From a virus, in IMG/VR virus record IMGVR_UViG_3300007504_000003, positions 62,160 through 126,159 of that record: 64,000 nt of DNA; one strand, given 5' to 3'. This document shows positions 18,306 through 27,393 of this stretch, piece after piece (position 1 is the stretch's first letter; each line of letters begins with the position of its first letter). Below the pieces are notes generated by a model. It had not been told where the DNA came from, searched no databases, and worked only from the letters and a program-made list of their open reading frames with translations. The position numbers and the translations under genes are program-made.

Positions 18306-18968
18306 ATGGCTTTGCTTGGACAGGCGAGCGGTGCGTGGACTGAGTCGAGCAGCGCCCTGAGGATCCTCTACAAGGGGATCAACAACTCGGTGGGCATCCT
18401 GACCGATGATAGCTTCACGCAGACCAACCCGCCGATCGTCACCGCAACCTCTACCATCGCTTCCAACGTGGACACCAGCCTCCTGGGCGTCCTCAGCGGC
18501 TCGGTGGCCTTCACCCGCCCCGATGAGGGCAGCAACTACATCGGCGGCAACGCCGAGGGTCTCGCGACCGCCAGCCACGAGCTGATCGTCCGTCCCCTGG
18601 GGCTGTTCATCAACAACGCGGCGGGCAACTCTTTCGAGAACCAGCCGGCGTCCGCCAGCGGCAAGGGGCCCTACGTCTCCGGCCAGGGCACCTACGCCAG
18701 CCAGCTCTTTGAGACCCAGCTCCTCAGCGGCACCGGCCTCACCGGATCCGCTGGCGACGATATCAGCTACCTGACGGGCCTCTCCCTGGTGGCGAGCCGC
18801 AACGGCTACCTCCAGCCGTCCTACGATCTCACCAACACTGAGACGATGGACGTGGCTTCTGTGGCTGCCGAGGTCGAGCACGGCCAGTCGGCGTCCACCG
18901 TCATCGGAATCCTCAAGATGCCCTCGGATGCCACGCAGGCCGAGATCGTCTTCGACCAGCGCATCTGA
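18306..18968 (+). CDS. putative capsid decoration/cement protein
   Basis: beta-rich, strongly biased codon usage, immediately upstream of the major capsid gene. Confidence 0.6.
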   Translation: MALLGQASGAWTESSSALRILYKGINNSVGILTDDSFTQTNPPIVTATSTIASNVDTSLLGVLSGSVAFTRPDEGSNYIGGNAEGLATASHELIVRPLGLFINNAAGNSFENQPASASGKGPYVSGQGTYASQLFETQLLSGTGLTGSAGDDISYLTGLSLVASRNGYLQPSYDLTNTETMDVASVAAEVEHGQSASTVIGILKMPSDATQAEIVFDQRI

Positions 18969-18981
18969 GGAGGGAGACACA

Positions 18982-19857
18982 ATGGCAAAGGTAAGCAACG
19001 CTGTCAAGCAGCGGATCATCAGCGAGTACATCAAGACCCCCCGCGGTCGTGCTCGCCTCGCAGCCTCCATGACGCAGCCCCTCCGGATGCGTCGGGACTA
19101 CTCGGCGGTCGGTCGCAAGACCTTCCTCGTCGAGGATCTCCCCGATGGAGCCCTCCCGATCTACGACAAGGATCCGGAAGTCACCGCCTACGTGGTGGGC
19201 GAGGAAGGTGAGAACATCCTCGCCATCCAGAAGCCGCGTCGGGTGCTCTTCCCCCTGTTCGAGATCGCGTCGAACCCCGAGATCCCGCTCACGCAGATCA
19301 AGGAACGCCGGTTCGACATGATCGACCGGGCCCAGGTGCTCGCGAAGTCGCAGGTCCAGGCCGCCGAGGACGAGCGTGTCTTCGCCGTGCTGGACGCCAT
19401 CGCGACCAACGGCTTCGACTCCGTGGCGGGCGGCACCAACGCCGATATCCCCGTCATCGCGCCGCTGTCCGCCGCGGTCATCGCTGACGCGATGGGTCTC
19501 GTCGAGCGGCACGACCTCCACGCCGCTCGGATCTACATGAACCAGCGGGACTTCACGGATATCCGGAAGTTCGGCCGCGACGTGTTCGACCCCGAGAGCC
19601 AGCGGGAGCTGGTCCGCACCGGCCTCGTCGGCACCATCTACGGCTGCCAGATCGTGACCTCCCGCCTCGTCCCGGTGGGCACGGTGTACGTGTGTTGCGA
19701 TCCCGAGATGTTCGGCCGCATCCCCGTCCGCACCGAGCTGACGGTGCTCTCGGCCGACGACCCGAAGGCCCGGACCATCGGCTTCAGTATTTTCGAGAAC
19801 CTCGGTCTGGGTGCCTACAACCCCCGGGGCCTCGCTCGGATGACGATCACTCGCTGA
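18982..19857 (+). CDS. major capsid protein (HK97 fold)
   Basis: 291 aa after RBS GAGGAGGGAG; IASNPEIPLTQIKERRFDMIDRAQ...AAEDERVF, IYMNQRDF..IRK, GTIYGCQIVTSRLVP; follows protease-scaffold. Confidence 0.85.
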   Translation: MAKVSNAVKQRIISEYIKTPRGRARLAASMTQPLRMRRDYSAVGRKTFLVEDLPDGALPIYDKDPEVTAYVVGEEGENILAIQKPRRVLFPLFEIASNPEIPLTQIKERRFDMIDRAQVLAKSQVQAAEDERVFAVLDAIATNGFDSVAGGTNADIPVIAPLSAAVIADAMGLVERHDLHAARIYMNQRDFTDIRKFGRDVFDPESQRELVRTGLVGTIYGCQIVTSRLVPVGTVYVCCDPEMFGRIPVRTELTVLSADDPKARTIGFSIFENLGLGAYNPRGLARMTITR

Positions 19858-19878
19858 TTGGCCTGCTGAGCGAGTCTA

Positions 19879-19914
19879 CGAGGCCCGGCCTTCCCACCAG
19901 GAGGCCGGGCCTCG
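19879..19914 (+). terminator. GC-rich stem-loop after the capsid gene (likely terminator)
   Basis: cgaggcccggcct / aggccgggcctcg 13-bp stem with a T-rich tract a few nt downstream. Confidence 0.7.
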
Positions 19915-19963
19915 CCGCGTCTGGTCTTTACTTAATGTTCCTTTCTGTTTTTGTTCTCGGACA

Positions 19964-19995
19964 AAGTATACACATGTCGCAAGGGGTGTATACTT
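19964..19995. promoter_or_regulatory. operator-like inverted repeat upstream of the LAGLIDADG-MTase gene
   Basis: AAGTATACAC-N12-GTGTATACTT perfect 10-bp arms in an AT-rich gap. Confidence 0.55.
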
Positions 19996-20022
19996 CTGCT
20001 CGAATGAGCGGGATATGGTACA

Positions 20023-21924
20023 TTGATTACCGAAGAAGAATTACGGCGTCTCTACTGCGACGATTTGAAGTCCGAACAAGAGATTGCGGAAGCCTTTGGC
20101 ACCTATCAGGTGAAGGTGGGTCGGCTTCGCCGCAAATTTGGTATCCCGACCATCAGTAAGGCCCAACGACTTGAACGTCAGTTGCCACCTTTGACGACAT
20201 TCCAGGTGGAACTCCTGGTGGGTTCGCTCTTGGGTGACGGGCACATGAAAGAGTCGAGTAGGGCTTCAGCTCGGTTTATCGAACGTCATGGAGAGTCTCA
20301 GGCTCCCTACCTCATGTGGAAAGCGGGCTTGCTGGGTGACTACATCTCCAGCACCTACCCCACCGTGAAGCGGCTACCTGACGGTCGCGAGTTTCATGGC
20401 ATGGAACTGAACACTAAAAGTTGCCCCCAGCTCCGAGGGCTGTTCGACTTGTTTTACCAGAGCGGGAAGAAGGTGTTTCCCGCCAGTCTCCCAGATCTGA
20501 TGACACCAATGGTTTTGGCGGTCTGGTACCTGGACGATGGTTCCTTAGCCTCTAACTATCACCCCAGGATTCACTTCGGTCTCGGCTCCAGAAGCCTCAA
20601 ACGGGCTGTGAAAGCCCTGAGGCGGTTGGGTCTGAAACCAGATCATCGTGGTGAGAATGGGGACCAGATGATTTCGTTCCCAGGACAGGGCAGGAAGTTC
20701 TTTGACTTGGTCCGGCCACACATCCCAGATTGTATGAGCTACAAGGTCCCCAGGACGGATTCACCTCGTCGTGTTCAGGACCGGAATGCGTCTCAGGTGA
20801 CCCCTGAGATGGTGGGCCGGCTTTACTCTGATGGGATGTCTTTGGGTGCCATCGCCCGACGATACGGGGTGGGCCGCTCCACAGTCCATCGTCGTTTGAA
20901 AGCCGTGGGTGCTACACCACGTCGGATGGGGAGGCCCAGAGCCGGATACACGGTGGAGTCCGCTACTGTCCTCCTCGGAAATCTCGATCCGATTCTGGGT
21001 ACTGACCAGTTGCTTGAGGAAGCCTTGCGGATCCTCAAAAAGACTCCGTTTCCTTTCCCGGCTCCGATGGACGAGACGGAGGCTCACAAGGAGCTGGCTC
21101 GGGTTCAGAAGTCCAAATCCGGGATCACTTCCTGGACCCCTGTTGGGGTGCGGGTGTGTAACAGCCTCTTCCCCAACAGGTACAAGGCTACCTACAAGAG
21201 CAACGTCTCTGCGTGGGAGGGCTGGCATGACGAGAAGCACCTTCGTAGGGCGATCAGGTTCCAGGTTCGGGTGGGAGATCCGGTCATCCCGAAGAGAGTT
21301 TTGAGAGCCTTGACCGCCAACTGTCGGACGCCCTCGGTCTTCCGTCCCGTGGTAGCCAGATACCTGTACGAGACCTACTGCCCCTCTGGTGGGGTGGTCT
21401 GGGATCCCTGCTCAGGGTACGGTGGGCGGCTCCTGGGGGCTCTCGCGGCGGGTGTTGGGAAGTATATCGGGACGGACGTGGAGCCTGAGACAGTGGGGGG
21501 GAACCGTCGTTTGGCTGCTCTCCTGGGCATGGAAGACCGGGCTGAGATTCATCTGAACCCCGCTGAGACGTTTGATCCCGGTCCTGTGGACTTGGTCTTT
21601 ACGTCCCCTCCCTACTTCAACCTGGAGCTGTACGGGAGATCGCGGGATCAATCGTCGGTGACGAATTCTGGTTTTGAGGAGTGGGTCTCTGGGTTTCTGG
21701 TTCCGGTCCTCGTCACGGCGTACAGGAGGCTCCCAGATGGCGGTGTGTTGGTCCTGAACGTCACCGATGTTCGCCAGGGTAGGAAGACCTTCCCCCTGGT
21801 CGAAGCAGCCATCAGGGAGGCTGTGACGGCGGGTTTCAAGCATGAGGACACCCTCCGGATGCCTTTGGCGAGCTTAAACCGGAAGAACGCCTCGGAGCCT
21901 TTGCTGGTGTTCCGACGACGATGA
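20023..21924 (+). CDS. LAGLIDADG endonuclease-HTH-DNA amino-methyltransferase fusion
   Basis: LLVGSLLGDG and LAVWYLDDGS (LAGLIDADG); HTH SLGAIARRYGVGRSTV; WDPCSGYGGRLLGA (motif I) and FTSPPY (motif IV); TTG start. Confidence 0.8.
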   Translation: MITEEELRRLYCDDLKSEQEIAEAFGTYQVKVGRLRRKFGIPTISKAQRLERQLPPLTTFQVELLVGSLLGDGHMKESSRASARFIERHGESQAPYLMWKAGLLGDYISSTYPTVKRLPDGREFHGMELNTKSCPQLRGLFDLFYQSGKKVFPASLPDLMTPMVLAVWYLDDGSLASNYHPRIHFGLGSRSLKRAVKALRRLGLKPDHRGENGDQMISFPGQGRKFFDLVRPHIPDCMSYKVPRTDSPRRVQDRNASQVTPEMVGRLYSDGMSLGAIARRYGVGRSTVHRRLKAVGATPRRMGRPRAGYTVESATVLLGNLDPILGTDQLLEEALRILKKTPFPFPAPMDETEAHKELARVQKSKSGITSWTPVGVRVCNSLFPNRYKATYKSNVSAWEGWHDEKHLRRAIRFQVRVGDPVIPKRVLRALTANCRTPSVFRPVVARYLYETYCPSGGVVWDPCSGYGGRLLGALAAGVGKYIGTDVEPETVGGNRRLAALLGMEDRAEIHLNPAETFDPGPVDLVFTSPPYFNLELYGRSRDQSSVTNSGFEEWVSGFLVPVLVTAYRRLPDGGVLVLNVTDVRQGRKTFPLVEAAIREAVTAGFKHEDTLRMPLASLNRKNASEPLLVFRRR

Positions 21925-21925
21925 G

Positions 21926-22750
21926 ATGGTTCGGTATGCTCCCTATGGGAGACCTCCAGTAAACGCTGAGGTCTCCCTATGTCTGACTCCACCCTCCCCT
22001 CTCGCTTGTTCAGGTAGAGCCCACAAGTTCGACGCCTGGGGTCGTATGGGGAGACAGGAGAAGCCTGTGACCCCAGGAGAACTATCCAGTCCGCCTCAGC
22101 CCCGTCGATCCGTGAATGCCGGCATTCCTGGCATGATGCCCTTGTTGCCCGGCGGTAATTTCTTGTCGGGTCAGATCACGCAGGTCATGGGTTCCTTTGA
22201 TCTGCTCAGGTGGTTCCGCGAGATGGTGTGGCGGCACCATGCCGAGCAGGAGGGTTCCCCGGTGGTTCACGTCACTTCCCGAGGGTCTCTCGTTTCGACT
22301 CGGGTGGCCGGTTCAGAGGATTGGGTCAAAGGAGCCCGGGTTGATGTGGTGGAGAACTTCTGGAGGGCAACCGATCTCGCGGTAGCGGCGGGCTCTCCGC
22401 TGGTACTCGCGGACGTGGAATTTCTCCCGAAAATCACTCACCCGGCGGCACCCGGGCCTGTTTATAGGGCCAAGATGACCTCGGTGTTTGTCCAGAATAT
22501 TGGCCCTCGCTTGGAATCTACCGGGGCAGCCTTACTCGTCTTGACGGAAGCGAAGGATCACCGAAACGTGGCGGGGTCAAGGGTGTGGGGCTTCGCATCC
22601 TCGGAACGTTTCTTCTTGTCGCGAGAAGACGGTGGGATCAAGATCGAGTGCCTGAAGCCCCGGAGCGGGCTTTCTTTTGGGGCTTCCGTGGTGGTCTGCC
22701 CGGAGACCGGCTTGCTGCGCTCTTCCTCTTTGCCGGAGGCAGGAGCGTAG
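21926..22750 (+). CDS. hypothetical protein with possible degenerate RecA-like fold
   Basis: LVLADVEFL, ALLVLTE and AGSRVWGFASSERFFLSR recall the RecA core; no Walker A motif. Confidence 0.35.
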   Translation: MVRYAPYGRPPVNAEVSLCLTPPSPLACSGRAHKFDAWGRMGRQEKPVTPGELSSPPQPRRSVNAGIPGMMPLLPGGNFLSGQITQVMGSFDLLRWFREMVWRHHAEQEGSPVVHVTSRGSLVSTRVAGSEDWVKGARVDVVENFWRATDLAVAAGSPLVLADVEFLPKITHPAAPGPVYRAKMTSVFVQNIGPRLESTGAALLVLTEAKDHRNVAGSRVWGFASSERFFLSREDGGIKIECLKPRSGLSFGASVVVCPETGLLRSSSLPEAGA

Positions 22751-22751
22751 C

Positions 22752-23207
22752 GTGGATAAGCTCACGGAGACTCTTCCTCACCCGATCCCGGCTGACAGCT
22801 TTCTCCGGTGTCAAGCGTGTGGGATCACCTACGACGATATCTGCTACCTGAACCTCTGGTGGGAGGCTGACGAGGACGATGAGTGGGAGGATACCTCCCC
22901 TGCCGTCTTGGTCTGCAAAGCGGACCCGTGCAAGCAGGTGATTCTGGACCACGAGCGGCTGTATGCAGAGATGCCCTGGTCTCGCGGGGGCCCCGGTCGG
23001 TTTATGCTCGTCTGCGGGACTTGTCCCCACCGGGAGGGGACTACATGTACCCACCCCAAGCTGACTGCGAATGGCGGGGAAGGGCTGCTGGTTACCGCGA
23101 GCCAGATTCTTCCTTCGGTCCATATCAACCGAGGTCCCGGTCGTTCCGGGTGGTTGCCCTTTACTCCAGCGACGAAGTGTGAGGGCAACCCGGACGGAGG
23201 GGCTTGA
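22752..23207 (+). CDS. Cys-rich hypothetical protein
   Basis: CQACG, CKADPC, CGTCPH...CTHP. Confidence 0.55.
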   Translation: MDKLTETLPHPIPADSFLRCQACGITYDDICYLNLWWEADEDDEWEDTSPAVLVCKADPCKQVILDHERLYAEMPWSRGGPGRFMLVCGTCPHREGTTCTHPKLTANGGEGLLVTASQILPSVHINRGPGRSGWLPFTPATKCEGNPDGGA

Positions 23208-23234
23208 ACTTTTGGTGTAATCTGTCTTACATCA

Positions 23235-23903
23235 ATGAACCGTCGGCTTCCGGTTTGGGATCAGTTGTGGTCTCATGCGTCCATGAGAATGATCACCCTC
23301 TTGGCAGCCTTCCTCTTCACCTTTATCCCCGTTGCGGGGGCCAGCGGGAGCTATTCCGGGGTCTCCTTTCAGGACGATGAAGTCTCGTTCTCGGTCAGCG
23401 AGATCAACGGGCTTCTGGTTCTGAGTATCGGTGAAGCCTTTGAGCAGATCTGGGAGTCCTACGACGCTGACCACAGCGAGATGACCACCCCGCTCCAGGT
23501 GCCTTCCACCGGGACTTTGGTGAGTCTGGATCCTGAGGCGGTTTACTACCGCTATGAGGCGGGGGAGGATCCGGAAGAGGTCTCCGTTGATGAGATGCTG
23601 GGCTTCCTGGGCAGCGAGGTGGTTTGGGTGTCCAAGGTGCTTCCGGACGGCACCTATGCCAATCTCTTCGTTTGCTCTTCCGGGATGGCGTTTCCGAAGG
23701 AGTACGACTCCTCGGGCGGGCCTGGGTCGGGCATCTGGGTAGGCAAGTGCGGTGGGGTGTTGTACTCTGCGACCAAGCCTTCCCAGGCAGGGGGTACGGG
23801 CTCCTCGATGGGCTCCCTTCTGTACAGCCCGATCGTGACGGTGAGCAATCCCTGTTGGTTTGAGCTATGGCCGGGAGTCCATGAGCCTCCCTGGTGTGGC
23901 TAG
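23235..23903 (+). CDS. secreted/periplasmic hypothetical protein
   Basis: signal-peptide-like MRMITLLAAFLFTFIPVAGA followed by an acidic domain with four Cys. Confidence 0.55.
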   Translation: MNRRLPVWDQLWSHASMRMITLLAAFLFTFIPVAGASGSYSGVSFQDDEVSFSVSEINGLLVLSIGEAFEQIWESYDADHSEMTTPLQVPSTGTLVSLDPEAVYYRYEAGEDPEEVSVDEMLGFLGSEVVWVSKVLPDGTYANLFVCSSGMAFPKEYDSSGGPGSGIWVGKCGGVLYSATKPSQAGGTGSSMGSLLYSPIVTVSNPCWFELWPGVHEPPWCG

Positions 23904-23904
23904 C

Positions 23905-24897
23905 TTACAGGAATTCCGGCCCCCGTTGGTGGAATCGGACTCGGGTGCTCCCCCAGGGATTCCAGATCCGAATCCACTCTCGCAGCGTCTTGGAATAGAC
24001 GTCCACGAATTTGATTGAAGCCTCGTTCAAGTTCGCTTTCATGTCGGGCACGGCAGCGGTGGCTGATACACAAGCGATCAGGGCGAAACTCCTCTGTCTC
24101 AAGTTGGATAGGTTGGTCCCGGCTTCATACTCCGCCCGAGCGATCGACACCCCCCAGCGGTCACAGCCTCTAAGGGAGCAGATTTTGCTGAAGAGGGCTC
24201 GGCCCAGGGCTTCCTCTGGCATGTAGTCCCCGACCCCGATCTTCAGAGATCGAAGGTTCGGGCCAGGGTCGGACCGGGTTCTGTCGGCTTCTTCTTCCAC
24301 GAGTCGGAGTTGAAGGGCTCGGGTGACTGCGTTCGCGGAATCCTTGTAGAAGGTCCCCTTGTAGAAGACGATCTCTCGCTCTCGCAGCCCCACTTGACCT
24401 AACTGACCCTGGAGTTCAAGCAGCGGTGTAGGTTCAGCCCCACCACCGCGGACGGTGTACCACTGGAGGACGTCGGAGGTCTCGACTTTAAGGGAGCATC
24501 CCAGCCCGGAGGAGCAGAAGGCGGGGTCCAGGTCAATGGTCCCTGCTTTGGGATCCATCTTGCCCCCCGCACCTTCCAGGTGAGCGAAACTTCGCCCCTT
24601 GCCCTGAATCTCAGCCATGAACAGCTCGTGGCCCAGACGCTTCCCTCTTTGGGCCTCGCCCCATTGAGCTATCTCGGTTCGGTTGCTCCCCCATTGAGAA
24701 CCGTAGGCTCTCTCTCCTGCGATGGAGTAGGAGCCTCCTTCGATTTTCCCTGTGGAGAGAATTCGACGTAGCTCTTCCCCGTCGAAGACACGGAAGAGCT
24801 GGATGGGGGAGAGAAACTTTCCGATAGCAATGGCCCCGCCGAATTGCTTCCGGGCTTTGTTTGTCCCTCTGGGGGACACTTGGACTTTGACCGCCAT
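23905..24897 (-). CDS. hypothetical protein, possible ADP-ribosyltransferase-like N-terminal domain
   Basis: LFRVFDGEELRRILSTGKI...GSQWG pattern; start inferred at ATG 24897. Confidence 0.4.
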   Translation of the reverse strand: MAVKVQVSPRGTNKARKQFGGAIAIGKFLSPIQLFRVFDGEELRRILSTGKIEGGSYSIAGERAYGSQWGSNRTEIAQWGEAQRGKRLGHELFMAEIQGKGRSFAHLEGAGGKMDPKAGTIDLDPAFCSSGLGCSLKVETSDVLQWYTVRGGGAEPTPLLELQGQLGQVGLREREIVFYKGTFYKDSANAVTRALQLRLVEEEADRTRSDPGPNLRSLKIGVGDYMPEEALGRALFSKICSLRGCDRWGVSIARAEYEAGTNLSNLRQRSFALIACVSATAAVPDMKANLNEASIKFVDVYSKTLREWIRIWNPWGSTRVRFHQRGPEFL

Positions 24898-24923
24898 ATT
24901 CGGGCCCTCATATAGGAGCCCGA

Positions 24924-24936
24924 ATAATTGGTTTAT
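24924..24936. promoter_or_regulatory. bidirectional late promoter motif between divergent genes
   Basis: TAA-N5-TTAT on both strands of the same 13 bp. Confidence 0.55.
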
Positions 24937-24963
24937 TGTCCTTGAGAGGTGTCTGGAGAAGTA

Positions 24964-25788
24964 ATGAGATCTCTGCGTTCTAGCGTCATCCGGCTGGCTG
25001 CTTCCTTGGAAGCAGGAGACCCGCTTCGGGGTCATCTTGTAGAGGCAGCAGCGGGCTTTGAGGAGTTGACGAGATTCAATTTCTCTTCCGTCTTGCAGTC
25101 CTTAGTGGCTCAGATGCTCCGAGAGAACACGGGTACGCTCTATGTAGTGGACGATGACGGCGTCACCTCGGAGCGGGCTTTGAAGGACAAGTTGGACGAG
25201 GCACTCTCAGGTGCCTCGGTTCGGCCTACTTCCGGTATGTGGACCGGCCGGGGGCCTAAGCCCCGGAAGCCGACTCTTCCTCGGGTAGAGGGGTTCAAGG
25301 CTCGCTATGAGCAGCTCTTGGATGCGGAACGTATGGACTGGAGGAACAAGACGGTAGAGGTGCAGGCTATCCGGTCACCCAGGACTCGGAGGCCCGGGTA
25401 CAGGGTCACCTGGGAATTCAAGCGTCCGGCTGCCCAGCCGATGCAGTCTCTTGATTTCCGTCGCCTTGTGACGATCCACTATGGTTCAGGTCGAGAAGCT
25501 TTTCAGCAGGTTCTCCCTGAGATTTTGAGGTACCTGAGCAGTCAGCGGGGCGTACAGGTTGTTCGGGAGTCGGCTCCCGTGGCATTCACTTATGAGGGAG
25601 AGGAGTTCGGGCTTCACTTTTCTGTCAACGCTTACGGGAGCAACAACGTGCTCTCGATCGTTCGTCCCGACCCTCATGAGGTGATTTCTCTTTCCGTGCT
25701 GGGTCACTGGTCGGTGCCCACCCTCGGGGACCTCCCGAGGGTGGTCTGGGAGGAGTTCGTCAAGAACCTCGCGGCTAAGAACCGCTAG
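24964..25788 (+). CDS. LRxxVIRLA-leader protein of unknown function
   Basis: N-terminus MRSLRSSVIRLAASLEAGDPLRGHLV. Confidence 0.65.
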   Translation: MRSLRSSVIRLAASLEAGDPLRGHLVEAAAGFEELTRFNFSSVLQSLVAQMLRENTGTLYVVDDDGVTSERALKDKLDEALSGASVRPTSGMWTGRGPKPRKPTLPRVEGFKARYEQLLDAERMDWRNKTVEVQAIRSPRTRRPGYRVTWEFKRPAAQPMQSLDFRRLVTIHYGSGREAFQQVLPEILRYLSSQRGVQVVRESAPVAFTYEGEEFGLHFSVNAYGSNNVLSIVRPDPHEVISLSVLGHWSVPTLGDLPRVVWEEFVKNLAAKNR

Positions 25789-26390
25789 GCGGCCTCGACC
25801 TGGAAGGTGCCGCCCGCCTGACCCTTGAGCCGGAGCACCTCTCCGTCCTCGGTCTCGAAAGTGTGGGTCTCTTCCCACGTCTTCGGACAGAAGGTGCTGT
25901 CGGTACGTCGCCCGGCCTTCAGACGCTCCCAGAGCGTCGATCGCCCTCGCGGGGGTCCCGGGAGGCTCCGGAACTGAATCGAGGTGCCTGGGAGGCACTG
26001 GACCGTCCGAGGTCGCCGTGCGGGGATCTTCGCCGGGACCTGCTCCGGCTCCGCCTTGACGGGTTCCGGCTTCGGCGGGCTCGGAGCTTCGGGCTTGGGT
26101 GTGGCCTTCTTCGGGCCGAAGTGCTTCCGGCAGAAATCCCGCTGCTGGAGCCCCAGGCGGAGGTAGGTGACGATTACATGGTCGTAGATGTGCTCGCAGA
26201 TGATCCCGAGAAAGTCGTGGGTCAGCCAGTACCGGGTGTTCTGGCTCCGGTTCCCTCGTCGGCCCAGGAGGACCATGACGAGGTCCGGGCTCAGCTCAGT
26301 GGCGACGTGGCGGGCCGCGAGCAGGGCTAGCGGTGTGGCTTCCGGGTGATGTATCTGGAATCGCTGGATCGCGTGTCGTCCGACTCGCAT
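25785..26390 (-). CDS. hypothetical accessory protein
   Basis: RBS AGGAGG and an upstream TCGTATAC promoter motif. Confidence 0.6.
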   Translation of the reverse strand: MRVGRHAIQRFQIHHPEATPLALLAARHVATELSPDLVMVLLGRRGNRSQNTRYWLTHDFLGIICEHIYDHVIVTYLRLGLQQRDFCRKHFGPKKATPKPEAPSPPKPEPVKAEPEQVPAKIPARRPRTVQCLPGTSIQFRSLPGPPRGRSTLWERLKAGRRTDSTFCPKTWEETHTFETEDGEVLRLKGQAGGTFQVEAA

Positions 26391-26408
26391 GGGATACCTC
26401 CTATTTTC

Positions 26409-26436
26409 GTATACGACTGGCCCGGAGATATTTCCC
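26409..26436 (-). promoter_or_regulatory. ECF-like promoter motif
   Basis: GGGAAATAT-N11-TCGTATAC. Confidence 0.55.
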
Positions 26437-26502
26437 TAAAAATGTCCGGGGTTGCGGCCGGTAGATCCCTGATAGGTTCCACCAGTGTAGAGGAGCCCGC
26501 TG

Positions 26503-27390
26503 ATGGGATTCAGCAATCAAGAGCGGATCAACCTGCTTACCAAGGCGCTGGCCGCCGGGGTGTTGGACGCTAATTCGGTTTCTTCCTGGTATGAGACCTT
26601 CTTCCCGTTTCGGTTCATCAACGAGGCGGGGACGGTGTGGATGGAGCTGGGGACGCTCAGGGGCTTCCCAGCCGCGAATCTGTCAGCCGCCCAGACGAAC
26701 GCGGCAGACCCGGCTCTCTCCACAATTTTGGAGGATCGTTCCGCAGCCGCGAACGCGGTTCGTTTAACCGCGGTGACGGGGACCAACGGTAGCACTTGGG
26801 TTGCTCACAGCACCTACAACGACGCCTCTTCAGCCGTCCTGACCAACTGGCTCCTCCCGCAGCTTGTTCCGCAGTCTTCTGGGGTGCCTTCCAACGGGTA
26901 CGCGATTCGCTTGTATGAGGGCGACCCGGCGAGCGGCGGCACGGAGATCTCTACGACCTCAGGGACGACCGGGACGGGTGACGAGAAGACTGTCGGCTGG
27001 GTCTGGAACTACGCGAACGGGATGCTGCTGCTCTCTGACGACTTCAAGGGGAGCGTCTCGGACCCTTACGTGGTCGGGTTCCGGTATGTCGGACGAACGG
27101 CTCAGGATACGGAGGATGACCTCCAGACTCTTGAGGCGAGCGTAGCGACGACCCAAGGAGAAGTCAGCACTCTCCAGTCGGAAATGGCGACGGCTCAGTC
27201 AAATATCACGACTCTTCAGTCAGAGATGACCGCTGCGGAGGCGGATATCGACTCCCTGGAGTCTGATATGACGACAGCGCAATCAGATATTACGACGCTT
27301 CAAAGCGACGTAACAACGCTTCGGGACGACGTGGATGCCCTTCAGCAATCGGCTAATGGGATGGTGGTTCGTTTCGTAAAGGGCGGGTGA
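26503..27390 (+). CDS. virion fibre-like protein with C-terminal coiled coil
   Basis: 14-aa periodic repeats (TTLQSEMATAQSNI type) at about 27120-27345. Confidence 0.65.
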   Translation: MGFSNQERINLLTKALAAGVLDANSVSSWYETFFPFRFINEAGTVWMELGTLRGFPAANLSAAQTNAADPALSTILEDRSAAANAVRLTAVTGTNGSTWVAHSTYNDASSAVLTNWLLPQLVPQSSGVPSNGYAIRLYEGDPASGGTEISTTSGTTGTGDEKTVGWVWNYANGMLLLSDDFKGSVSDPYVVGFRYVGRTAQDTEDDLQTLEASVATTQGEVSTLQSEMATAQSNITTLQSEMTAAEADIDSLESDMTTAQSDITTLQSDVTTLRDDVDALQQSANGMVVRFVKGG

Positions 27391-27393
27391 TCT

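Noticed and set aside
12729-19857. Assignment to a eukaryotic virus (NCLDV, herpes or mirusvirus) because of TopIB and the protease
   Set aside because: Shine-Dalgarno sites, coupled operons, sigma-type promoters and Tat/pilin signals indicate a bacterial host.
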